A stretch of DNA of 64,000 nt from Squalus acanthias (Eukaryota): the NCBI GenBank assembly GCA_030390025.1, contig CM059432.1, positions 22,570,001 through 22,634,000 of the forward strand, written 5' to 3'. The position numbers were made by a program, and so were the translations under genes. Below are positions 12,931-25,432 of this stretch, piece after piece (within the stretch, counting starts at the first letter, position 1; every line of letters begins with the position of its first letter). Below the pieces are notes generated by a model. It searched no databases and had not been told where the DNA came from. It saw only the letters and a program-made list of their open reading frames with translations.

Positions 12931-13949
12931 TAAAATACTGGACCTTACATGCTCCACAGAATCGTTGGGGTTAGTACACCGATATTCATTCACAATGTAT
13001 AGCTACCATAGTTGAACTAAAAGCAGATCTTATTAACTGAAGTAAGGCACATTCTGAGCAGACCTGATGTCCAAAAAAAATGGGAGCAGTGGCTATGATC
13101 TGAAATTGTTGAACGCAATGTTTAGACTGGAAGATTGTAAAGTACCTAATCAAAAGATGAAGTACTGTTCCTCATGCTTCATTGGAACAGTGTAGGAGGC
13201 CGAGGTCAGAGTGGGACGCAGAGTTAAAATGGCAAGCAACCGGAAGCTCAGGGTTATGCTTGTGGACAGAACGGAAGTGTTCAGCAAAGCGATCACCCAA
13301 TCTGCGTTTGATCTTCCCAATGTAGAGGAGACTGCATCATGAGCAACGAATACAATATACTAAATTGAAAGAAGTACAAGTAAATCGCCGGTTCACCTGG
13401 AAGGAGTATTTGGGGCCCTGCATGGTGGAAAGGGAGGAGGTGAAAGGGCAGGTGTTGCATGAAGATCTCAGATTTGATGCTATGTTAGCCAATATCAGCT
13501 AGGGCAGTAGCAAGTGTGCTCCAAGTAACATTAGCATACAGACCTAGTGAGTACAAATATCAGGCAGGCTCCTTGGCTGATTGCTAACCAGTGACCTTTG
13601 CTCAAAAGTACAGTCATGTGACCTCAGGATTACCCCTAGGTGTGATGTCACTCAACATTAAAACTGGTTGGCAACACTCATTGGCCAAGCTTGCATGTCA
13701 AGAATGACCATATGGGCAAAGTAGATGATTCTAGTTGAACCAATCCCTGGAGATGGACATAGACGATTTCAGAAAGGGAAATGAATCAGTGGCTTTGTGG
13801 AAGTTTGTTCTAATTAAGAAAGGAGACCAAAAGAATAACACTAAGGCTGAAAATAGCAGGAAAGAAAGCTGTGATCATTGAAGAAAGACAAAACTAGATA
13901 ACACCAAGGTTGGATTTTAAAAGCATGTAGATTGTGGAGGAAGGGAAAT

Positions 13950-14465
13950 CTATTTGACCCCAAAATGAGCCTCCGACCACATATCCACGCCATCACCAAG
14001 ACCGCCTACTTCCACCTCCATAATATCGCCCGACTCTGCCCCGCCTCAGCTCATCTGCTGCTGAAACCCTCATCCATGGCTTTGTTACCTCTAGACGTGA
14101 CTATTCCAACACTCTCCTGGCTGGCCTCCTATCTTCCAACCACCATATATTTGATGCTCATCAAAAACTCAGCTGCCTGTATCCTAATTCGTACCAAGTC
14201 CCATTCACCCATCACCCCTGTGCTCGCTGACTTACATTGGCTCCCGGTCCAGTAACGCCTCAATTTTAAAATTCTCATCTTTGTTTTCCAATTCCTCCAT
14301 GGCCTCGCAATTCCCTATCTCTGCAACCTCCTCCAGTCCTACTACCCTCCGAGATTGCTACGCTTCTCCAATTCTGGCCTCTTGCGCATCTCCTATTTTA
14401 ATCGCTCCACCATTGGTGGCCATGATTTCTGCTGCCTAGGACCTAAACTCTGGAATTCCCTCCCA
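13950..14465 (+). mobile_element. L2-clade LINE ORF2 3' fragment
   Basis: ITKTAYFHLHNIARL, SPITPVLADLHWLPV, GPKLWNSLP motifs. Confidence 0.85.
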
Positions 14466-15472
14466 ATTGCCAGTCATCCCCCCTTCTGCCCTGCAATCTC
14501 TCCTGGTTTTTCACCCCCCCCACTCACAATTGCCGGTCTGACACCCCCCTCTTCTGCCATGTGATCTCTCTCGGTTCCCCCTCCCTCCTGATTGGCGGTC
14601 TGACCCCCATATTCTGCCCTGTGATCTCCCCCTGTCCCTGCACCTTCCCAATTACTGGTCCAGCCTCCCCACTCCCCCAACAACCCCCGATCTTTGCCGA
14701 TTGCCGAGGACCCTCAACGTCCCCGGCTGCGGTCTTCTACCACTTGCTTTCCCACGCGGCAGCCAGTCAGTCTGTCAATCTGGCCAGCTGTCGGGCGGGA
14801 ATTGGAGTAACAAAATGATAATGAGGTCCTGCTGCCAAATTCGGCAAAACTTCCACCTTCCCGGGACGTCCAGGTTCCCCCCCTCCCCGCAACTCACCGC
14901 CCCCACCGCAAACACGCTCCCCCGCGCCTGCCCTGTAAATGCTTCAGAAGCCTGGACAGGTTTGGTGGATTCCTCCAATACATCCCGCAGATAATGTCAT
15001 AGGTAATTAGTAGGCTATTTAGCCTCTCGAGCCTGTTCCACCATTCATTTAGATTATGACTGATCTCTACCTCAACTCTATTTACCCCCTTTTACTCCAT
15101 ATTCCTTGATACCCTTACCTAACAGAAGTCTGTCAATCTCCTCAATTAACCCAACATCCACAGCATTTTGGTGGAGAGAGTTCCCATTTCCATGAATCTT
15201 TGTCACTAATTATAAAACCTTGGATTTCTCTTGTCATTTTATTTAAGTTACAATATAACAAAATAGTATGAACATGGAAAATTGATGCTCCTGATTATAA
15301 AGATAGTCAATTAGATAGCCAATGTGATCCAATATTCTTAACAGACAATGAACTGACCGGAACCACATTGTGACTGGTCTGTACTGTGGCTCCAAGCTTC
15401 CTCCAAGCCACGTACAGCCTTCTGTTATATCCTCTTCCTTTCCATTCTAATAAAAAATGCTTATGCTCCATG

Positions 15473-15942
15473 GAACATAAGAACATAAGAAATAGGAGCA
15501 GGAGTAGGCCATTTGGCCCTTCGAGCCTGCTCCGTCATTCAGTAAGATCATGGCTGATCTTCTACCTCATCTCCACTTTCCTGCACTATCCCCATATCCC
15601 TTGATTCCCTTAATCTTCAAAAATCTATCGACCTCTGTCTTGAATATACTCAATGACTGAGCCTCCACAGCCCTCTGGGGTAGAGAATTCCAAAATTTCA
15701 CCACCCTCTGAGTGAAGAAATTTCTCCTCATCTCAGTCCTAAATGGCTGACCCCTTATTCTGAGACTGTGACCCCATGTTCTAGACTCCCCAGCCAGGGG
15801 AAACATCCTCTCTGTATCTATCCTGTCAAGCCCTGTAAGAATTTTATATGTTTCAATGAGATCACCTCTCATTCTTCTAAACTCTAGAGAATATAGGCCT
15901 AGTCTAATCAATCTGTCTTCATAGGACAATCCCCCCATCCCA
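15473..15942 (-). mobile_element. CR1 LINE 3' fragment
   Basis: LSYEDRLIRLGLYSLEFRRMRGDLIETYK...FFTQRVV; (TTCTTATG)n tail. Confidence 0.92.
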
Positions 15943-16257
15943 GTAGGAACAGTAGGAGAGAGAATGCAGAGACAATTCTGCTCAGTGATTCTTCACTTTG
16001 AGAATGTGCAAAATCTGTACTGAGCTTTTAGAATCCAGTCAGAGGAAAAGCAAAGTCTATTCCAGCAGGGCCAGAAATAATATTCTAACATTATGTTTGA
16101 ATTCATTCGAAAAGAATGTTAATACATAAAGGAGCCTGCCTGGACAGATAATTTTGTGGGCATGCAATCCTCCCTGCCTGAATTTCCTCTATGTGCCCTT
16201 CCTAGATGCAATAACAGGAAAATCTGCCTCACTGTGATTTCATTTATTACATATCAG

Positions 16258-16612
16258 GGACGGTAGCATAGTGGTTATGTTACTGGTCTAATAATCCAGA
16301 GGCCTATACTAATGGTCTACAGAGATATGAGTTCAAATCCCACCAGTGAATTTAAATTCAGTTAATTAAATAAATCTGGAATAAAAAAGCTAGTATCAGT
16401 AATGGTGATCATGGAACTATCAGATTGTTATAAAAACCTATCTGTTTCACTAATGTTCTTTAGGGAAGGAAACCTGCTGTCCATAGCCAGTCTGGCCTAT
16501 ATGTGACTCCAGACAAATAGCAATGTAGTTGACTCTTAAGTGCCCTCTGAAATGGTAGCTCACCACCACCTTCTCAAGGGTGACTAGGGATGGGCAATAA
16601 AGACTGGCCATT
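16258..16612 (+). mobile_element. tRNA-derived SINE whose 3' tail matches the LINE at 12431-12930
   Basis: A-box-like TAGCATAGTGG and B-box-like GTTCAAATCCC. Tail CACCACCACCTTCTCAAGGG...TAGGGATGGGCAATAAA. Confidence 0.7.
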
Positions 16613-16979
16613 TGAAATAACACCATAACTCACTGGCATCTGCAGTGCTCATGACTTATGGGTCTTTCACATCCATTAAACAAAAATCATGACTCACCAT
16701 GAGGATGAAAGGTTGTCTCTCTCTATACATTCCTCTGGTTTTATTTTTAACTTTTTTCTTTAATATTTCTTTCAAATCCAAAACAGTGTTTTTTTTTAAC
16801 ATGACCTATACATTCTCACAATGCACACCGCCAACGCTGCCATTATTTTAAATAGTGGAGCCCACACCATTGTGAATAATGGAAATTGGCAGATAAATTG
16901 GAGCCCCTTAAATTTGGTCTTACAACTATGGAACAACAATACTTTCTAGGCATGGGAATGAGGACAAATACAATATAAA

Positions 16980-18225
16980 TAATAACAACGTGTGTTTATA
17001 TAGCGCCTGTAACATAGAAAAATGTTCCAAGGCGCATTACAGAGGCATTATCAGAAATAAATGGATGTCAAGATAAAGCATGAAATATTGAGAGAGGTGA
17101 GTAAAAGCTTGGTCAAAGAGGTGAGTTTTAAAGAGTGTCTTAAAGGACAAGAGGGAGGTGGAGAGGCAGAGGGGTTTAGCACGGAATTCCAGACGATGGG
17201 GCCTAAGCATCTGAAGGCATTGTACAGGGCCTTGGTGAGACCACACCTGGAGTACTGTGCACAGTGTTGGTCTCCTTATCTAAGGAAGGATATACTTGCC
17301 TTGGAGGCGGTGCAACGAAGGTTCACTAGATTGATTCCTGGGATGAGAGTGCTGTCCTATGATGAGAGATTGTGTAGAATGGGCCTATACTCTCTGGAGT
17401 TTAGAAGAATGAGAGGTGATCTCATTGAAACATACAAGATTCTGAAGGGGATAGACAGGGTAGATGCTGAGAGGTTGTTTCCCCTGGTTGGAGTGTCTAG
17501 AACTAGGGGGCATAGTCTCAGGATAAGGGGTAGGCATTTAAGACTGAGATGAGGAGGAATTTCTTCACTCAGAGGGTTGTGAATCTTTGGAATTCTCTGC
17601 CCCAGAAGGCTGTGAATGCTGAGTCTTTGAGGCTGAGACAGATAGATTTTTGGACTCTAGGGGAATCAAGGGATATGGAGATCGGGCGGGAAAGTGGAGT
17701 TGAGGTCGATGATCAGCCAATGATCTTATTGAATGGTGGAGCAGGCTCGAGGGGCCATATGGCCTACTCCTGCTCTTATTTCTTATGTTCTTATGTTCAA
17801 TGATGTGGCAAGGGAAGGGGGGCTGCACAAAGTGCCAGCGTCAGAGGAACAGAGAGTTTGGGAGAGGGTTGTAGGGCTATTGAAAATAGAGGGCCATTGC
17901 CACAAAGGGATTTAAATACAAGGATGAGAATTTTAAATTGGAGGCATTGGGGGACTGAATTAGAAAGGGCAGAGGGAGTAGGTGAGTAGGACCTGATGTG
18001 GGAGAGGATATGGACAGCAAAGTTTTTGGATGAGCTGAAGTTAGCAGAATATGAAGGATTGGCGACTGGCCAGGAGAGAATTAGAATAATCAAGTTTGGA
18101 GGTGACAAGGGCATGGATGAGAGTTTCGGTAGCAGATAGACTAAAGTGGGACAGAGGCAGGTGATGTTATAGAGGTAGAAGTAGGTGATGGAGAGGATAT
18201 GGGGTTGAAAACTCAACTCAGGGTC
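16980..18225 (-). mobile_element. L2 LINE 3' fragment interrupted by a CR1 insertion
   Basis: SFKTLFKTHLFDQAF and FKILILVFKSL motifs. L2-type tail GCGCTATATAAA on the minus strand. Confidence 0.75.
17215..17798 (+). mobile_element. CR1 LINE 3' fragment
   Basis: [19 protein letters not shown]...RMRGDLIETYK; (TTCTTATG)n tail. Confidence 0.9.
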
Positions 18226-18624
18226 GATGCTGAAATAACGGGAACATTTGTTTTATTTACCAAGGGATGCTGTTCAAATAACAAGAGAAGCTGTGTGAGT
18301 TCTGTGAAAATTCTGGTAGCTAATTGGCACAGCAGATAATTAGTGTATGGATAATGGAGAATCCACTGTGTATATGTAACCCGGCAGGTCCAGGGACTTT
18401 CAGTTTCCCTGGGCTAACTGCTTTTATTTGTTTTCAGCTATCCACCATGACACTGAAAATAATTGTTCACATTACAGTAATGGTTACACAAAGATCAGGA
18501 GTAGCTTTATTGCTATTACGGTGCTATCAACACTTGCAAAACTCCTAATTGTTTTTCTACTGACAATTCATGGGAAAGGCTAAAAATGTACAAAGCTGTA
18601 TCTTAATTTCTTTGTATGAATCAT

Positions 18625-19517
18625 GGGGGAAAAATTCAGTTGGTTGCGCCTCCCGTTAGCGCCTTAAGAGGGCGCTAATGGGGCGCAAAGCATCTAGTGC
18701 CCGGGCGCGGCGAAGTTTGCGCCGCTCGCTAAATTAACTAGATATTTTGCGGCGGCGCCAAACACTACCGCCACGATCTCCTGCGCCGGCAGATCGTGAC
18801 GTCAGTCGAGTGTGCAATGCCCCGGTATCGCCCCGGTGCGGATATTGAGTGGCGCCCCCTGCCTTACCGCCTGACGCTAGCAACGACAGGTTGAGGGGAG
18901 CGTTCTGCAGTCATGAAGGGAAAGGGGGAGCGCTATTTAAAGGTGACCGCTTCCTGCCTTTTATTGTTGGTGCCATTTTTGAACTACGCATTCTGAGAGA
19001 GAGAGGGAGAGACTTCTGGAGAGATTCAACGTTGTGTGAAGGAGTTTTGGGTACTGAGCAGCACTTTGCAGGTTCATTTTGATTTTCCATTCCTTGTATT
19101 GATTTAGCAGAGTCTGTGGGGGCTGCACTCTGAGCTCTTTGCCTGGTACTCTCAATTGTTCTTTCCAGCACATTTGATATGCAAGTCTCTCCAGGCCGAG
19201 ATTCAAGGCTGCAATGAGTAGGATGTGGATGGAAAGCAAGATTAACCATCCCCTTTAAGAACTGGCCCGTGCCATTGTGTGTGTGTTCCATTGCTGACTG
19301 ACATTACATGAGCTTCGCCAGCGCTCTGAGTTAGCGCCTCACTCCTCGGCCTTTGCGCCTTAAGACAGGTGTGCAGCGCCTGATTTAGCGCTCCACTCAC
19401 CTCCCGGGGCGTTAAAAGTCAAGTTTGCAGTCGGTGCCGATAATTAGCGCCAGGCGCTAATCTTTGTGCCCGACCGATAATTGCGCCCCAAACGGGGCGA
19501 TACTGAATTTCTCCCGC
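18625..19517. mobile_element. Non-autonomous Harbinger element related to element B
   Basis: Termini GGGGGAAAAATTCAGT / ACTGAATTTCTCCCGC. Subterminal CCGTTAGCGCC...CTAATGGGGCGCAAA...GCCCGGGCGC is shared with 5620-5690. Confidence 0.75.
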
Positions 19518-22500
19518 CATGAATGTTAAAATCTTCTGAAAATTAAAGGACTCATGAGAAAATTGTAAGCAGTGGAGATCTAAAGTTAACCATAAGCAGT
19601 ACAAACACAATTGTAATCACTTTAAAGTGCCATTGGATGATAACTGGGAGTAAGTGGCGAGGCAGCTCTGGATCAGGGCAGGGAATGGTTCATGTTTCAG
19701 TGGTAATGAATAAAAAAGCAGGCGAAAACAAAATTGCAGGGAGGGAGCAAACTTTGTTTAAAATAACTCACACAAAATATTTAAATGCATTAGGGATGGA
19801 CGAAAAATTCAGCACCACTTCCAAAATGCATATTACATAAATTAGTAATGGTACCAAAAGACTGGCATGAGAACAGTAATATTCAATTTCTGTATTTATT
19901 GATATGAATAGTTGAAATCACTGTCATTCATCAGGCCATTTTCAATATCACCAACACATCTCCCAGTTTAGACACAATACAAATCGTTGCTCATTTTCAG
20001 TATTCAAATCAGCTTTCAGCTTGTAGTGACTAAAGGAATACTTACATTTATAGAGCACTTTATCATGTCAAAATGTCTCATAGGTAGATGACTGAGAGAA
20101 ATGTCTTTCAGACACTAAGGAAATCAAGGGATATGGGGATAGGGCAGGAAAGTGGAGTTGAGGTAGAAGATCAGCCATGATCTTATTGAATGGAGCAGTC
20201 TCGAGGGGCTATAAGGCCTACGCCTGATCTTTTTTCTTATGTTCTTTTAGTGCTTCACAAAGTGAATTCCCTTATGCAATGACTGTTGGCAAATGCAGCA
20301 GCCATTCTACACTAGCAATGTCCCACAAAGAGCAATGAGGTGAATCATCAGTTAATCTGTTTTTTGGTTGTATTAGTTAAGAGGCAAATGTTGGTCAAGA
20401 CATGGGAAAATTATGCTTAGCATGCTCTAAAAATTCAATTGACGAGCGATCCAACAATGGGCCAAGGAGGTAAAAGCATCATCTGGTGCGAAATAGTACA
20501 GAACTTTCTCAGATTCAATCCATCTGCTGATTTCCTGCTCCTGTTTACCATCCAATAATTTTTGTTAGATAATTCATATTAGGCATATCGAGTGAGGTCA
20601 GGATCAGGCTCTGATACAGGTTCTACCCACCCCTCCGGCCTCCCTGCCTGTCACGTTGCCGGTCGGGGTCAAGGGCGAGAGCAGGCAAATCATCCACTGG
20701 TGGCCAGAACAAAGATTGTGCTCCGCTTCTTTATAATTGCCATTTTACAGAGGCAGGAAGAACAATTCCTCCATCTTCCCTTACCGAGTGGAGGCGTGTC
20801 TGAGGGAATTCCCAGCTACCTGGAGAATTTTGTTCTTTACACTCCTATAAGGCCTCAAAAAAACTCTTGTCAACTAAGAGATGGCATGAGTACTGTTGAT
20901 GCCTTTGGAAAGGTGCCAGTCACCGTTAACTATAAGCTGCGCGGCCACGTCCGGGACCGGCTTTTCAATGTGCACGAAACTGTGAATGGGCAGCACAGCC
21001 CCTTAAAAAAAAAGAGAGAACATTGGTCCCAGACCTTACCCAGAGGGGATTGGTTAACTTTATCCTGCCAGCAAATGGCTTCCTCTGAAGATTTTTATCT
21101 TTGGCCCAGGAAGGGCCTCAGTGACCTTAGGCAGAGTGGCCACAGGTTGCTCCACCTTATAAGGGTTCATTCCACTGGAGCATCCTTGGAGGTGCCAGAG
21201 GTTTGTCCCAACAATGCTAATGACCCCATGCCCACAAATTGGCATCTTTAGGGTTAGACAGTCGGGAGTTCCATTTCACCGGAAGAGCAGGACTCCCAGA
21301 ATCTTGGACATTCATTATCAGTAATATTCAACACCTTCAGGAGAATAAGGGGAAAACAACACTGGGAGATATAAAATGCATATGTGATAAATTATCCCAG
21401 CAGTGGTTGATACCAGAAACGTGCTATTTAGATTTCACCATTTTAATCTCTGATTTTGACCATGAGACTGCATAACTGTTACAAATGTTTAATTACATTT
21501 CATTCAAAACATTTGCATAATTGTGAGTGCTTTGCAATTGCATTGAACTCAACCAATTTGTGTGGGTACAGTAATTACACCATGTTCTTTTGTTTACAGA
21601 CTGCTGCCCTCTAATGATATGCAGTGCTGCATCAATAAGGTCTATAGAGCAGCATTCAATTTGAAAGTCTCAACAATCGGTGAAAATTAGGCTGAAGTAG
21701 TACAATCCAGAGGCCCCTGTAGGTAGATGTATCACCTGGTGTGCGACTGTGCCAAACAGGCCAAGAAGGTCGCAGGTTTGATCGCAATCTCTGGCGAATT
21801 ACCTGATATCAGCTGGAGAAGCAGTTTAAAATATTTCTGGTACTATGGCCCTGCAGCCAAAGAAACTCTTTTGTTTTGCAGGCCTAGCTTCCTTATCTTT
21901 GCGACTGTCAGCATTATTTCTTCTTATCAGTTACTTCAGAAGGCTCCATTTCATCCTGCTGACACATCTCTCCAAGCATCCTGGACAATATTTTTCTGTG
22001 ATTCTATCAGAGCGGGAATATGGTATTGAGATAGAGGATCAGCCATGATCATATTGAATGGCGGAGCAGGCTCGAAGGGCCGAATGGTCTACTCCTGCTC
22101 CTATTTTTCTATGTTTTCTATGTTAAGCAAAGACCATCATGCATCCTGATTTTTGGTCAAGCTGACAGTTCTCTTTTCTTTAACCAAGAAATTGAGGGTT
22201 TCCAAGTCCATTATTTTGGTCTTCTTTGAAACAAGTATCAAAAGTTCAGAATGAAAAGTCCAAAATCCTTCATCAGGGAGGAGAAAAATGAACTTGTGTT
22301 CCAGTTCCCATTGACTATCCAGTAACCCGTGTTGGAAAGTTTGTGTGTGGATGCTGGATAGGGATAGGATCAGGCTGAGCTTTGACATTCTCCAAGGTCA
22401 AATGAGGTCAAACGGTCTCATTGTCAAGAGCTGCGCGAACCTGTGTTAGCGGCAGTGACATGCAGCCAGCGACAGGAGAACTTTGCATCAGGAGCTAGTG

Positions 22501-23519
22501 TCACCAGCAGGGTTTATGGTGCCACATAAAAACAGCTTGGGCCGAAACATGAAGAACAGCACTCTGAGTGAGGTACTGGAAAGTATCTGATATCCGTGAA
22601 ACCATACTGCAACATGAATCAGTGCCATCAAGAGAGATGGGGAAAAAACTGGAGGAGGAAGAAACAGATTATATTTCAACAGAACCCCCCGACGTTAAAG
22701 AAAAACAAATCTTCTGATGAGAAATTCTGAAGCAGAACTGAAATAGTAAGTGCCAGGAGTACTGTGGTTCTTTTTGACTGCACTCCATGGGATCACAAGC
22801 TGTGAGTAATGAAGGGTAATGAGGCTTTTTAATACAAAAGCTTATAAAATTGCAGAAGTTCTTGACGTATGGCAAACTGCAATAAAGTTACTCTCCAGCA
22901 CAAGATTTTCATTGAAAAATTGTTTCCATCCCAATCAAAAGCTAATAAAATATGTTGGATATGATACTCAGTGCAGTAAAGACTTGACCTAGCTCCTAGG
23001 CTTTAAGTTGCAGGTAAGAATCAACAATTCAGAAGTTTTGTTGGGGGGTGGGGGGCAGTGGGTGCCTGTTGAATCTAATATCCAGTGGTGCACTTTGCTT
23101 GCCAATTTCTTTCTCTCCCTTGATTTCTTTGATATCCATCTTCTATCCATTTTTCTCACTAGGGGCCTTCATTTCCATACATTTGTATTCAGCTGAATAT
23201 ACTGAGCTGAGACTTCCTAGATTACGTTAAGGCCGGGCACATTTGTACTTTGAGAGCATGAATTGCACTGTGTGCAATTTGTCTTGTCAAACAAACCTAG
23301 AGGCAACATATATGTGTCAGCTCTGGCTCAGTTCATAGCATTCTTGCCTCTGAGTCAGAAGGTTGTGGGTTTAAGTCCTGCTCCAGAGACTAGAAAATAG
23401 AAGTCCAGGCTGACACTCAAAAAGGAACGGTGAAAATGAGCTATTGTTTGCCTCTCTTTTTTGAGAATCAGAATTATATTTCATTGCCCTTTGTGGTGCA
23501 TTATACAAATATTTATGTA

Positions 23520-24154
23520 GGCCCAGAAATTCCGTTCCCTACGGGTGTGTACGCGCTGTGTACTCACCAGTAGGGCCAACGGAAGTGCCGGTTTTAGGCA
23601 TGCACTGCGCATGCACTGGAAACCGGAACTTCCGTTCTGTGAAGAAATGGCTTGACTGGTCAAACGCCTGCGCCGGATAGGCAGCGCGTACGGCTGAAAC
23701 TTCCGTTTTTTTCACAGTTGCTTCAGTCCAGGTAAGTCTTTAACAGCTGCGCCTAGAAAAGCAGGCGCAAGGCTTGCTTTTACCAGGCTAATAGTTGAAG
23801 AAAGTTAAAAAAAAAAAATTTCCACTGATTTATCATTTTAAAATAATTTAAAGAAAGGTAAGTTTATTTTTAGCCCCATTAAAAACTTTAATTACTTTTT
23901 TCAAAAATTTAAATTTTTGTTTAAAATAGTTGAATGGAGATTCCCTGCTCTGATTGGCTCCCCATGGCCCACGTGATCCCAGGGACGCTGCGAACTACCT
24001 GCACCCCTGGGATACGCGTGCCCTGCACACCGGCAGTTTGAAGAGGCACAGCGACGGAATTCTGTGCCTCCCGGGAGCCCTCCGGTCCAGGCGCAGATTT
24101 TTCCAAATCGCAGCCCTCCACCCGCGGGAGGGCTGCGAACGGAATTTCTGGGCC
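23520..24154. mobile_element. Harbinger-type MITE
   Basis: Perfect 18-bp TIR GGCCCAGAAATTCCGTTC and 3-bp TSD GTA. Confidence 0.9.
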
Positions 24155-24259
24155 GTAGTGTTTAAATTAAGTTAAATTAAAGAGAATAGGATGTTATGGT
24201 GTACAGCTAAGACAACAAAATAAGAATATGGGATCTTTGGCTTTATAAACAGAGGCATA

Positions 24260-24544
24260 GGGCTGGATTTTGTCTTGGGGTCGGGTTGGGGTCGTGTAAT
24301 CCACATTTCGTGTTTCCCCCCCGACTCCAGATTAATGTGGGTGCCTGATGCAATTTTCAGTTAATTGGGCAATTGAGTTGGAGCATGTGGGAACCCATGA
24401 ACTAATTAGTGTTTTCAGTCTGAAAGTCGCCTCTGATGATGTCATCATTACTGACTGCCTAGTCTCAGAGACTGTTGGTGAGAGAGGACTTACCTGGCTT
24501 TTGATGTGAGTGGACCTGGATGCAAAAATGGGGGGGGGGGAGGG

Positions 24545-24599
<55 letters not shown>

Positions 24600-25019
24600 T
24601 CCTCCCAGGCAGGCAGTCTCTGAAGACATTCAATGCAGCGGCATCAGAGGCAATGTTCAGACCTAATACTACTACCTTCATCACATCTCCGTTGTAATAG
24701 TGGACTTGCAGCCGATACTCAGCTATCCACTTGTGCTCCCGCCAGGTTTCACTGGAGTGTTTCACACCAGGCATGCTTCACGTCAGAAGAGGGTTAAACT
24801 AGCTACAGCGTTTCAAAGCCAATTTAGAGCTTGTTAAGGGCTTTAATGGCCTCTCCCGCCTCTTGGAGGCGGGACGGAATCGGGAACCCCGCGACTGATT
24901 ATGTCAAAATTGCGTGGAGGCGGGATGGAGTCGGGATAGGGTCGGAAACCCCGACCCCGCAAATTTAACCCCCCACACGCCTCCAAACTCGACTCCATGG
25001 GTCATTCAAAATCCAGCCC
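24260..25019. mobile_element. Harbinger-type MITE inserted in a CR1 fragment
   Basis: 13-bp TIR GGGCTGGATTTTG, TSD ATA. Removing it restores CR1 AGAGGCATAGAGTACAAAAGC. Internal (GA)n at about 24545-24599. Confidence 0.9.
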
Positions 25020-25432
25020 ATAGAGTACAAAAGCAAGGAAGTTATGCTAAACCTTTATAAATCACTGGTTAGGCCCCAGCTGGAGTATTGTATCCAGTTC
25101 TGGGCACCACACTTTAGGAAGGATGTGTAAGACATGTGGAAATCGCCCCATCCAACAGTTTGCAAAGTTCAGACCCGTCGAACTACAACACAAAACCCAA
25201 TGAATCTGTGAAAAACTTCTTTTACTTAAAAATCAGCAAGACATTACAAGTAAGCATCCGACAGTTATGTAGCGTATAACAATTCCTGATTATACTTTAG
25301 CATACACAGAGCTATCCCTTTACTTTAAGCTCAGGTGATAATAAGCAAAACACCACATAGGTGCTAACACCAGCGATTGGTCAATTCGGCGATGACTAGC
25401 TGTATGATTTCTGACAACTGACCAGGTTGCCC

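Larger units (their letters stand above)
11347..13460 (-). mobile_element. Penelope-like element remnant (GIY-YIG end plus terminal region), split by later insertions
   Basis: Minus strand 13420-13260 reads QGPKYSFQVNRRFTCTSFNLVYCIRCS*CSLLYIGKIKRRLGDRFAEHFRSV (GIY-YIG). Pieces lie at about 11347-11482, 12094-12335 and 13068-13460. Confidence 0.8.

Noticed and set aside
22137..22880. Possible host exons (ORFs 22137-22388 and 22669-22875)
   Set aside because: No recognisable domain and no consistent splice-site pair.
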